Of a stretch of 63,409 bases of DNA, positions 1 through 8,755 are shown in pieces. Under the pieces are notes generated by a model. That model saw only the letters and a list, made by a program, of their open reading frames with translations. It did not search any database and had not been told where the DNA came from. This DNA is from an uncultured Bacteroides sp. (GTDB taxonomy: Bacteria > Bacteroidota > Bacteroidia > Bacteroidales > Muribaculaceae). The stretch is from assembly GCA_964651295.1 (NCBI GenBank), contig CAZYYV010000001.1:1-63409 (forward strand), written 5' to 3'. Positions within the stretch are counted from its first letter, which is position 1; each line of letters starts with the position of its first letter. Both the position numbers and the translations under genes were made by a program.

Positions 1-100
1 GGAAGTACTCGAATACATCGACGTTGTCTTTCTTTCCCCAGAAGATTCAGAGGAAAAATCCCCGCCTCCCAATAAACTCTTAAACCCTAAACTTCTAAAC

Positions 101-121
101 GAGTACGGCGAAGCCGTACTC
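101..121. repeat. Perfect 9-bp palindrome (REP-like hairpin)
   Basis: gagtacggc-gaa-gccgtactc, preceded by four tandem taaac units (73-100). Confidence 0.6.
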
Positions 122-449
122 CCCCAAGCGGCAGCTGCCCCCGCGGTTAACAGCCAAATCGGCAGCAAGAGTACATTGACATTTTGGAAAAATTGGGATA
201 GCGAAATCCGTCAGACTCCTCCGACAGGTCCGACTTGTCCTATTGTAGTATCAGGCATCAAGCCTTGGCGGAGACCACATGTACATGGATTGCAACATTA
301 CGTCGAGCAACATAGCGTGCGATGTCGTGATAGTTACGGAAACTCTCGACTATTTCGTGTAAGCGTCTGTCGCGATAGTTATGACGAATTAGCCCTATGC
401 AGTTGAATGAGTTAGGGTAGTGGTTTAGATTTTAATGTTTGAAGGCGTG

Positions 450-1172
450 TTATAAGCTCGAATCGTCATAGTTATGTGTGCGAAGATATTGGCACACGGG
501 TATAGGCTTAAATGCAAAATCACTAACTGCAGCGTCTGACGAGAATGTACGGTTGGTGGTATAGCGTGCATACCGTTTACGTCCGTATACTAAACGTCCA
601 AACCACTGTTGTGGTCCGGTGCTGAGGTTCGATATTCGTTTATCCTTCATGCGGTATGATAGAGCTTCGGCATAGTCGTGAATTGTGGGGTGTTCGCCAT
701 CGGTAATGTTGTAAATTACTCGTTCGTTTAGTTGTACGTCTCCTGCTGCGATGGCGCGAATCAACTCGGCTACATCGCTTGCATGAATCACACTGCGGCG
801 AGCTTCATTATTCGGAAAATGATAAAATACTCCACGCCATATTTCCTCTGCAAGGTCGCGTGGATATCCATTCATCCCCGTGCCGATTATATCTGCGCAA
901 CGGAGTATGATGCCTTTGATGCCTTTTTGCGCTACTGCTTTGGTAAATGCCGCTTCACGTGTTGCCCAAACAGACGTTGGGTCAATCGGTGTTTCTTCTG
1001 TTGCCAGAGTGTATGCACCGGGGCCATATATATCAGTGCTCGAAAGCATGATGGCAAGAGCCGGGTTCGATGCACTTTCAAGGTTGGATAGCAATACTCC
1101 TGCAAGGGCTTGCTTTATGTATGGCTCGACAAATGTTGCCTCGGGCATATATATTATTACTTCGTCTATCAT
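450..1172 (-). CDS. Extended-SDR (NAD-dependent epimerase/dehydratase)-like protein lacking the N-terminal Rossmann motif
   Basis: SDR-like motifs LSSTDIYG, ILRCADIIG, RRSVIHASDVA, YNITDG; likely ATG at 1172 overlaps the upstream stop (ATGA). Confidence 0.7.
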   Translation of the reverse strand: MIDEVIIYMPEATFVEPYIKQALAGVLLSNLESASNPALAIMLSSTDIYGPGAYTLATEETPIDPTSVWATREAAFTKAVAQKGIKGIILRCADIIGTGMNGYPRDLAEEIWRGVFYHFPNNEARRSVIHASDVAELIRAIAAGDVQLNERVIYNITDGEHPTIHDYAEALSYRMKDKRISNLSTGPQQWFGRLVYGRKRYARYTTNRTFSSDAAVSDFAFKPIPVCQYLRTHNYDDSSL

Positions 1173-1909
1173 TTGTTTCTGAGTTTTAGATATGTTAGAA
1201 ATCTGCAAGCAATTGTGGCGGTTGATACTTTTAGTCCGTTTTCATGTAGTGCTTGCACTTTTTCTCGTGTGTTGGTCACTAGTTTAGCGTAGAGCGTATT
1301 CGATGCTCCTCCGCACTCCATATTGGTAGTTACTCCGGGCATATATCGACCTTTGTACTTTTTCTTTCCTAAGAATAAACGGATAAATAGTTCGAAATCT
1401 GCTCCGATTGAATATTTTTCTTTATATGGTCCTACATCCCACATTGTCTTACTCGATATAAAAAGCGAGGGGTGTGGTGGTGCAAAGCCTCCGAGTAAAT
1501 GCTCGGGGCGGAATCTCTCGGATGTATAGTGGCGAAAAATGCGTCCAGGTTCTGACGCCTTAATATAGTTTACGTTACCATATACAAAGTCTGGAGATTC
1601 GCTCTCAAATATCTTTACAATTCGTTCGATAACGTAATCATCGGCTAGTTCATCATTGCCGTGAATGGTGCCGATAATATCGCCCGTTGCTTGAAATATG
1701 CCCTCATTAAGGGCATTATACACTCCGCGAGCCGGTCGGTTTAGAACCCTAGCACCTCCGACATCGATTCCGGTCAATGGCGTTGAGCCATTAACGATGA
1801 TGTGTTCTATTTCAACATTCGATGGTAGTACTTGTCTGTGGATGCTGTCTATTGTGCGTTTTAGCAGCATGCCATCGTCTTTGGTTATGGTGATTATTGA
1901 TACTCGCAT
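1169..1909 (-). CDS. Glycosyltransferase family 2 (WcaE/PGL-like)
   Basis: MRVSIITIT, EHIIVNG, GVYNALNEGI, PPHPS, ADFEL; ATG at 1909 overlaps the upstream stop (TAATG). Confidence 0.88.
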   Translation of the reverse strand: MRVSIITITKDDGMLLKRTIDSIHRQVLPSNVEIEHIIVNGSTPLTGIDVGGARVLNRPARGVYNALNEGIFQATGDIIGTIHGNDELADDYVIERIVKIFESESPDFVYGNVNYIKASEPGRIFRHYTSERFRPEHLLGGFAPPHPSLFISSKTMWDVGPYKEKYSIGADFELFIRLFLGKKKYKGRYMPGVTTNMECGGASNTLYAKLVTNTREKVQALHENGLKVSTATIACRFLTYLKLRNK

Positions 1910-3321
1910 TATAATACGTCCCATCCGTGTGGGGAATAATGATTAAGTGTTGCAAATATGACAACTAGTGCAACTGCTAACGTTGCCATATAGCAGAGGC
2001 TCCATCGTTTGAACAACAATGTTTGCCATTCGCCGCTGTCATATACCCAGATTGCTGCTGGTATGAAGAATGGCAACCAGGGAAGACAGTAGCGCGATAC
2101 TGTGCCTCCGGTTACGAACGCTGTCGCTATCGTTGCTAGCACCGCAAAAATAAACGGATTGACTACTCGCATCGGCGAACGCCTTATGCAGAATATCATG
2201 AAGTATAGCAAGACACCTCCGAGGCAATACCATGGAAAACTGAAATGTGATATCGCACTCGACGGGCCGAAAACAATATCTCGTCCGAATGCCCACGGCA
2301 GTGGTGTAATATATTGCACCGCTAATGAAAATGGAAGGCGGATAATGCGCTCAAATGTCGTGAGGTACATATAGTCGCCCGCTACTGCGGTATATGCATT
2401 GAGTCGGGCTGTATTTCCGTTAGATAATTCAAAATTTGTGGTATCTGTAGCTATATCGAGTGGAGCATTACTGATTTCAAAGTAATGCAATGTCGCGCAA
2501 ATTCCTAGCGCAACAACTAAATGAGAGATGCCACGTACTAAGCTCTTGTGGTCCGACTTGATGAGCGACAATGCAATTGCTATAGCTATAAATAGTGGCA
2601 ACCAACTGCGTATTAAAGCTCCGACGCATATCGCTATTAGTGGCAATGTCCAACGGCTCCACTCGTGCCTAGCTCCGTAGAGCCCATATAGCGACATGGC
2701 CATCATCAAACAGCACATCGCATCTTTTATCAATAGGCAACCTGTATTGAGAAAGTATGTAATCGATCCCAATACAATTATCGATGTCGTTGCAACTGAA
2801 GCCTTTGGATGCTTGACTGCAAGTAGTTGTGTTGTCGTCGCTCCTGTCAATATTATAGCGGATATTATTGCTAGCAGATTAGTAATAAGCAATCGATTGA
2901 GTGTCGGTTGAAAACCGAAGCAATTAAGTGCCAATAACAACCCATACCCGCGACGTGAAACGTGAACTCCGCTTTCCGTCGTATTACCTTCTAGGCTTGA
3001 ATTCATCTGAGTCCAAGCGGTAGAGGCATCATTATTTAGGAGTACGGGATCGGTTAGGCTGCCTCCGCTGTATTCGGTATAGTACCAGATGTTAATTATC
3101 TGTCCTATTGCTACTACGGTACACAACACAACTACCGCTATCTCTCCAAATAAGTTGGTTGGGCATAGACGTCGGTATAACAATATTAGTATTGCCGATA
3201 CACCTGTGTAGTATAATAATTGCTCAATGATTGATCCAGGATATAGAGCTAACAAGAAGAATCCAATCAATAACACTGCACAAGCTTTTATGGCAAGTAA
3301 TGCAGGTAATTTCCTTTTCAC
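1909..3321 (-). CDS. Polytopic membrane protein, Wzy/GT-C-like polysaccharide polymerase or transferase candidate
   Basis: About 11-12 hydrophobic segments with two large loops; LIKDA and SRYCLPWLP motifs; coupled to the GT2 gene; likely GTG start at 3321. Confidence 0.6.
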   Translation of the reverse strand: MKRKLPALLAIKACAVLLIGFFLLALYPGSIIEQLLYYTGVSAILILLYRRLCPTNLFGEIAVVVLCTVVAIGQIINIWYYTEYSGGSLTDPVLLNNDASTAWTQMNSSLEGNTTESGVHVSRRGYGLLLALNCFGFQPTLNRLLITNLLAIISAIILTGATTTQLLAVKHPKASVATTSIIVLGSITYFLNTGCLLIKDAMCCLMMAMSLYGLYGARHEWSRWTLPLIAICVGALIRSWLPLFIAIAIALSLIKSDHKSLVRGISHLVVALGICATLHYFEISNAPLDIATDTTNFELSNGNTARLNAYTAVAGDYMYLTTFERIIRLPFSLAVQYITPLPWAFGRDIVFGPSSAISHFSFPWYCLGGVLLYFMIFCIRRSPMRVVNPFIFAVLATIATAFVTGGTVSRYCLPWLPFFIPAAIWVYDSGEWQTLLFKRWSLCYMATLAVALVVIFATLNHYSPHGWDVL

Positions 3322-3325
3322 AATG

Positions 3326-3333
3326 CAAATGTA
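3326..3333 (-). promoter_or_regulatory. Bacteroidota -7 promoter box
   Basis: TACATTTG on the minus strand, ending 5 nt before GTG 3321. Confidence 0.6.
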
Positions 3334-3459
3334 CGAAAAATGATAAATATTCCAAATTATAAGACGATTTTCTAAACACCAACGACTAATCGCCATTTTG
3401 CCTTACCCTATCTTTACATCTTTTAGCCTGGCAAAAAAGGTTTCTTTGCTTTTTTTTAG

Positions 3460-3467
3460 TACATTTG
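3460..3467 (+). promoter_or_regulatory. Bacteroidota -7 promoter box of fabG
   Basis: TACATTTG matches TAnnTTTG. Confidence 0.7.
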
Positions 3468-3500
3468 CAGTCAATTTGAATTAAACACACTTAAATAGAT

Positions 3501-4247
3501 ATGAAATTACTCGAAGGAAAGACCGCCCTCATCACCGGAGCGGCTCGTGGCATCGGCAAAGCCCTTGCTATCCGTTTCGCCCAGGAAGGCGCTAATATCG
3601 CATTTACCGACCTCGTTATCGACGAAAATGGCCTTGCTACTCAGGCTGAAATTGAAGCCCTCGGAGTGAAAGCTAAAGGTTATGCTTCTAATGCAGCTGA
3701 CTTCAACCAGACTAAAGAAGTTGTTGCTCAAGTTCACGCCGATTTCGGTTCTATCGATATCCTCGTTAACAACGCCGGTATCACAAAAGACGGTCTTATG
3801 ATGCGTATGACCGAAGCTCAGTGGGACGCGGTTATCAATGTTAACCTCAAGAGCGCGTTCAACTTCATCAACGCTTCGCTTCCCATCATGATGCGTCAGC
3901 GTTCGGGATCTATCATCAACATGGCGTCTGTTGTTGGTGTACACGGCAACGCCGGCCAGGCTAACTATGCTGCTTCTAAAGCTGGTCTTATCGCTCTCGC
4001 TAAGAGTATTGCTCAGGAAGTTGGTTCTCGTGGTATCCGTGCAAACGCTATCGCGCCCGGCTTCATCGAAACTGCAATGACTGCTGCTCTCCCCGACGAA
4101 GTTCGTGAAGACTGGAAGAAGAAAATTCCCCTCCGTCGTGGTGGTCAAGTTGAAGACATCGCTAACGTTGCTACATTCCTCGCTTCTGATATGTCGAGCT
4201 ATGTTACCGGCCAAGTTATTCAGGTCGATGGCGGTATGAATATGTAA
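3501..4247 (+). CDS. fabG: 3-oxoacyl-ACP reductase
   Basis: TGAARGIG, NNAGITKD, GNAGQANYAASK, VDGG. Confidence 0.97.
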   Translation: MKLLEGKTALITGAARGIGKALAIRFAQEGANIAFTDLVIDENGLATQAEIEALGVKAKGYASNAADFNQTKEVVAQVHADFGSIDILVNNAGITKDGLMMRMTEAQWDAVINVNLKSAFNFINASLPIMMRQRSGSIINMASVVGVHGNAGQANYAASKAGLIALAKSIAQEVGSRGIRANAIAPGFIETAMTAALPDEVREDWKKKIPLRRGGQVEDIANVATFLASDMSSYVTGQVIQVDGGMNM

Positions 4248-4269
4248 TCCATACAGACATACGAAATAG

Positions 4270-4299
4270 TCGACAGCCGAGCTTTTGCTTGGCTGTCGA
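4270..4299 (+). terminator. Hairpin after fabG (no U-tail)
   Basis: tcgacagccgagc-tttt-gcttggctgtcga. Confidence 0.55.
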
Positions 4300-4390
4300 T
4301 GTGTATTAAGAGCTAAAATTGCGATACTGCTTGTAAGTGTCGCAATTTTTTAGTTACTTTGATGAAATTTTCACCTTTATCGAAGCCGAA

Positions 4391-5542
4391 ATGGAAAAAC
4401 AGTCGGAATATAGTTATTATGCATTTATAAGTTACAGTTCAAAAGATGCTAAATGGGCCAAATGGTTACTTCGGCGTTTGGAAAACTATAGCTTGCCTTC
4501 TGTGACGTGGAAGCAGATTTTAAAAACTCGCAAGTTCAATCAGATTTTAAAAATGCGAGAGCACCCGATACAGCCTGTTTTCCTTGATTGTGCCGAGATA
4601 CAACCGGGTGTATTGGAAGAAGTCCTTAGGGAGAATCTGCGAGAGTCGCAATATCTGATTGTTATCGCGTCGCCAAATTCGGCTAAGTCTAAATGGGTTG
4701 GTGATGAAATTAAGTACTTCCATAGCCTCGGTCGCGAAAAGAATATTTTCTTTTTAATCGTTGATGGCGATAAACCGGAAGAATACTTCCATCCGGTTTT
4801 GAAAGAGTTGGGTATGCCCGAAATGCTTGGGGCTGACGTCAACTATAAGTATTCAAAGTTCAAGAAGATTAATCGCGATCGTGCCTACATTCAGATTATA
4901 TCGAAGTTACTCGGTTTAAAGTTCGATGACCTGTGGAAACGTCATCGTCGGCGCTTGATCAAAAACATCTCTATGTCGGTCGTTGGGGCTATTCTTGTAA
5001 TTGCTGCTCTTATTGGTGTTTGGGTCGCTAATCGCCCCGTCGACATTGATGTGCAGTTAACTGAGAAATCGTTTCACAACGAGAATCTTCCGCCTCTAAA
5101 AAATGCCATCGTAACTCTCTGTCTTGATGATGAAATAAAGATAGATACGATTTCTGACCTCGATGATTTTGCTTCCTTTGTCAACGTTCCACATTTTAAC
5201 CTAGGTACAAAAGTGGGCTTATCGATTGTTTGTCGCGATTGGCAAACGATAGATACTACAATAGTCCTCGCTCGTCAAATGAATATCGACATGCAACGCA
5301 ACGTTCATGTATACGGCGATGTCGATTTCAGCGTTTGGAATAGTTCTACCGAGCGTTCGGTGCCGAATTTCGCTATAACGGTGGATAAGTATGACGTCGT
5401 TTCTGATGATAAAGGTAGGGTGCGATTATTTATCCCTCTCGAGGAGCAACGAACTGCCTATAAGGTTAAATCTTCAATCCCATTAGTTTATGATTTCGTA
5501 CACCTTCCCCATGGTGAGAATGATGTAGTTATAATTAAGTAA
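4391..5542 (+). CDS. Membrane-anchored TIR-domain protein with C-terminal periplasmic beta domain
   Basis: YAFISYS, VFLD, LIVIASPNSAKSKWVGDEI (catalytic Glu); KRHRRR then one TM helix; beta-rich C-terminus; likely start ATG 4391 rather than GTG 4337. Confidence 0.9.
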   Translation: MEKQSEYSYYAFISYSSKDAKWAKWLLRRLENYSLPSVTWKQILKTRKFNQILKMREHPIQPVFLDCAEIQPGVLEEVLRENLRESQYLIVIASPNSAKSKWVGDEIKYFHSLGREKNIFFLIVDGDKPEEYFHPVLKELGMPEMLGADVNYKYSKFKKINRDRAYIQIISKLLGLKFDDLWKRHRRRLIKNISMSVVGAILVIAALIGVWVANRPVDIDVQLTEKSFHNENLPPLKNAIVTLCLDDEIKIDTISDLDDFASFVNVPHFNLGTKVGLSIVCRDWQTIDTTIVLARQMNIDMQRNVHVYGDVDFSVWNSSTERSVPNFAITVDKYDVVSDDKGRVRLFIPLEEQRTAYKVKSSIPLVYDFVHLPHGENDVVIIK

Positions 5543-5545
5543 GCC

Positions 5546-8500
5546 ATGAGAAGCTTATTTTCGTTTTTATTCGCTGTTGTCGCAGTATTTGCGATCTCTG
5601 CCCAGACACAGATCGGTTATGTAAAGACTAAGGGCAGATTGCTTAGCGATGGTAAGATCGTCGCTGGTAGTCGTATCAGTGGTGCAACGATTCAAGTGAA
5701 GAATCGTTCGGCTGTTGTGAGTGATCAAACCGGCAATTTTTCATTTCCGCTATCCGAATCAAATTATTACTTGCAATCTGTAAGCAAAAATGGATATGTA
5801 TTGACCGACCGAGATATTCTCTCAAAGCAGTATGAATATTCAATCAATCCGCTGGTTATTGTACTCGAGACTCCGGACGAACTACTTGACGAACAACTAG
5901 CTGCCGAACGTAAAATCCGTCGAACTCTTCAACGCGATCTTCAAAAGAAAGAGGACGAAATCGAAGCTCTTAAGGAACAAAACCGCATTTCTGCCGAAGA
6001 TTATCGCCAACGTCTTCAAGATCTATACAATCAGCAAGAAAAGGACGAAAAACTTATTGCCGAAATGGCTGAGCGATATGCAAAAATCGACTATGACCAA
6101 CTCGATGATTTTAATCGCAAAATAAACGAGTATATTCTCAACGGCGAACTTTCAAAAGCCGATTCGTTGCTTAATACAAAAGGCGATATCGTCGACGAAA
6201 TCAATAATTTAAAGCGAATTGGTGAAGCTAATGTAAAGGAAGCTCAAGAACTATCGTTGCGCCAATCTAATCTCGCAAAAAGCAAGGCTTACGAGGATCT
6301 TCGTAAAGTAGAACTCGCTCAGTGGTGTATGAGTAAGCACGAAATATGCAAAACTCAACACGACCTCGATTCTGCGGCCCATTATATAGAACTTCGTGCA
6401 TCTATCGACCCGACAAATGGTCTGTGGTTATTTGATGCGGGGCGCTTTTTAGATGAGTATAAAGGCGACTATGATAAAGCGTTAGATTATTATCAAAAGG
6501 CTTTGCCTTTGAATATATCGAAATATGGTCAGGCGAGCCCGGATGTGGCTATGTGCTATAGTAATATTGGTCTGGTTCTATACTATCAGGGTAATTATCA
6601 TGAGGCTTTGTGCTACCATCAAAATGCCATGACAATTCGTTTGGAAATATATGGAGAACAGCATCAGAGCGTGGCAAATACGTATAGTAATATCGGCTTG
6701 GTATATGATTGCCAAGGTCTATATGCCGAGGCCATGGATTACTATCAAAAGGCGTTGAAAATCAGAAAATCTATCTATGGCGACAACCACATCGACCTAG
6801 CTATGGGATATAACGATATTGGTCGTAATTTGTGTTCTCAAGGAGCTTATTCGAAGGCTCTGGAATATCATAAAAAGGCTTTGGAGATTTATGTGAGGGC
6901 CTATGGCGAAGAGCATCCCGACGAAGTCGAAAGCTATAATAGCATCGGCAATACATATTACTTCCAAGGTCGCTACTCCGAGGCTCTCGAGTACTATAAG
7001 AAAGCTTTAGCGATTATGCTTGAGGTATATAATGATTCTCATCCACATATTGCTTCGAGCTATAATAATATTGGTAACGTTCTGGTTGCGCAAGGGTATT
7101 ACTCGGAAGCTATGGACTATTATCTAAAGGCTTTGAATATCTATTCGACTGTATTGGGCGAAAAGCATACAAACGTAGCTATGTGTTGGAACAATTTAGG
7201 TCGTACATATGACGATCAAGCTCAATACTCCGAAGCTTTAGATAGTTATAGTAAAGCCTTAGCCATATACCTGGATGCCTATGGCGAAACGCATCCCGAT
7301 GTCGCTGATAGCTACAATAACATTGGTAATGTCTATAAGTCTCAAGGTCGTTACACTCAGGCTCTCGAAAGTCATCAAAAAGCGTTGGCGATAAGTTTGG
7401 CTCTTTCTGGTGATAAACATCCCGATGTTGCAACTAGCTACAATAATATGGGGCTCGTTTACTGTTCTCAAGAACGGTATCTCGAAGCCTTGGAAAGCTA
7501 TCAAAAGGCATTGGAGATTTTCCTTGACGTTCATGGTAAAGATCATCCCGATATTGCAATGTGCTACAACAATATCGGTAGTGTTTACGACGACGAGGAG
7601 AGCTATACCGAGGCGTTAGACTTCTATCGCAAGGCTTTAGCGATATATAAGGCTGTTTATGGCGAAAAGCATCCTTATGTAGCAAAATCGTATGATAATA
7701 TGGGTGTAGTACTATGTAAGCAAGGACAATATACCCAAGCGTTATTTTATCACCAGATGGCTTTATCGATAAAAACCGGTATATATGGTAAAGATCATCA
7801 GTTTATTGCAGATAGCTATTATAAGATTGGCGCTGTGCAGCAGTGTCAAAATAATTATGCTGTTGCACGCGATTACTATACAAAAGCATTAGATATTTAT
7901 AAACGTACATTAGGTGATGATCACCCATTGTGTTCCATGCTCGAAAATGAAATCTCTGGTAATTCGGCAGTCTCTGCTGAAACTATGAGGTCGATGATGA
8001 GTCGTTTTGCGGCTGACGACAAATTGGTTGCGGCAAAACTAGTTACCGAAGCTACCATTATGTTGAACAATCGTGCTACTGTGGTGAGTGTGATAAGTCG
8101 CGATTCTTCATTGCCTACTGTTTTTGCATTCAAAATGCCGAATGGTAGTAACGATGATTTTAATCGAAAAGTAAGCTCGTATATTATCAGCGGCAAGATC
8201 CCCGAAATTGAAACCACAACAAAATCCCTCGATAACAATCGCGAATTAAAGGGCATCGATCGTACGATGGATGTTATTTGGAGGGATATGGATCGAACTC
8301 GCAAGGCTGTCGATAGAAGTATGGGCACTGAGAAATTGTTCACCGCGGACGCTGCACAAGGTTGTTATGCAAAATACGTTATATGCAAGACCTTGAATCA
8401 ACTAGACTCTGCTGCTTATTATATCGAATGTTGTGCTTCAATCGATTCAACTAATGTAACTTGGCAGGTCGATGCCGGTAATATCAATTACCAATATAAG

Positions 8501-8755
8501 TCAGATTACGATATGGCTTTAAAATATTACCGCACTGCACTCCGAACTGCAATCAAGCAATATGGAGATGCGCATGTAGATAATGCCGCTATTTATAACA
8601 ACATAGGCAACGCGTACTATTCGAAAGAGAATTATGCCGATGCTTTGAAGTTTTATCGCAAAGCTTTGTCGATCTCGGGTAAAAGACAGCCATATTTTGA
8701 CACGCTAAATACACAGATAGAACGAATTTCTAAAAAGAAGAGTAGAGTGCGATGA
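5546..8755 (+). CDS. Secreted TPR-repeat protein (beta-sandwich + coiled coil + 42-aa TPR array + second degenerate module)
   Basis: Signal peptide ending AISA|QTQ; 11 tandem repeats of HPxVAxSYNNIGxVYxxQGxYxEALxYYxKALxI. Confidence 0.92.
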   Translation: MRSLFSFLFAVVAVFAISAQTQIGYVKTKGRLLSDGKIVAGSRISGATIQVKNRSAVVSDQTGNFSFPLSESNYYLQSVSKNGYVLTDRDILSKQYEYSINPLVIVLETPDELLDEQLAAERKIRRTLQRDLQKKEDEIEALKEQNRISAEDYRQRLQDLYNQQEKDEKLIAEMAERYAKIDYDQLDDFNRKINEYILNGELSKADSLLNTKGDIVDEINNLKRIGEANVKEAQELSLRQSNLAKSKAYEDLRKVELAQWCMSKHEICKTQHDLDSAAHYIELRASIDPTNGLWLFDAGRFLDEYKGDYDKALDYYQKALPLNISKYGQASPDVAMCYSNIGLVLYYQGNYHEALCYHQNAMTIRLEIYGEQHQSVANTYSNIGLVYDCQGLYAEAMDYYQKALKIRKSIYGDNHIDLAMGYNDIGRNLCSQGAYSKALEYHKKALEIYVRAYGEEHPDEVESYNSIGNTYYFQGRYSEALEYYKKALAIMLEVYNDSHPHIASSYNNIGNVLVAQGYYSEAMDYYLKALNIYSTVLGEKHTNVAMCWNNLGRTYDDQAQYSEALDSYSKALAIYLDAYGETHPDVADSYNNIGNVYKSQGRYTQALESHQKALAISLALSGDKHPDVATSYNNMGLVYCSQERYLEALESYQKALEIFLDVHGKDHPDIAMCYNNIGSVYDDEESYTEALDFYRKALAIYKAVYGEKHPYVAKSYDNMGVVLCKQGQYTQALFYHQMALSIKTGIYGKDHQFIADSYYKIGAVQQCQNNYAVARDYYTKALDIYKRTLGDDHPLCSMLENEISGNSAVSAETMRSMMSRFAADDKLVAAKLVTEATIMLNNRATVVSVISRDSSLPTVFAFKMPNGSNDDFNRKVSSYIISGKIPEIETTTKSLDNNRELKGIDRTMDVIWRDMDRTRKAVDRSMGTEKLFTADAAQGCYAKYVICKTLNQLDSAAYYIECCASIDSTNVTWQVDAGNINYQYKSDYDMALKYYRTALRTAIKQYGDAHVDNAAIYNNIGNAYYSKENYADALKFYRKALSISGKRQPYFDTLNTQIERISKKKSRVR
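6524..7909 (+). repeat. 11 x 126-bp coding tandem repeat (42-aa kinesin-light-chain-type TPRs)
   Basis: Exact 42-aa period from YGQASPDVA to YKRT. Confidence 0.92.

Noticed and set aside
2-406. Frame open from the window edge through ORF 176..406
   Set aside because: Runs through repeats and a palindrome and has no recognisable motif; only the first ~20 codons look coding, so no product can be supported
3507-4214. Long antisense ORF over fabG (likewise 15333..15980, 15999..16886, 33657..34232, 43814..44452)
   Set aside because: Shadow ORFs produced by codon bias of the real genes on the opposite strand
4337-4390. N-terminal extensions in the ORF track (also 12646, 23648, 29614, 44422, 50918, 3396)
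   Set aside because: They overlap promoter boxes, terminators or neighbouring genes; downstream starts fit the family N-termini better
6524-7909. Regular repeats considered as a CRISPR array or DGR target
   Set aside because: Degenerate in-frame 126-bp protein repeats with no repeat-spacer structure, no cas genes, no reverse transcriptase and no adenine-specific template/variable pair
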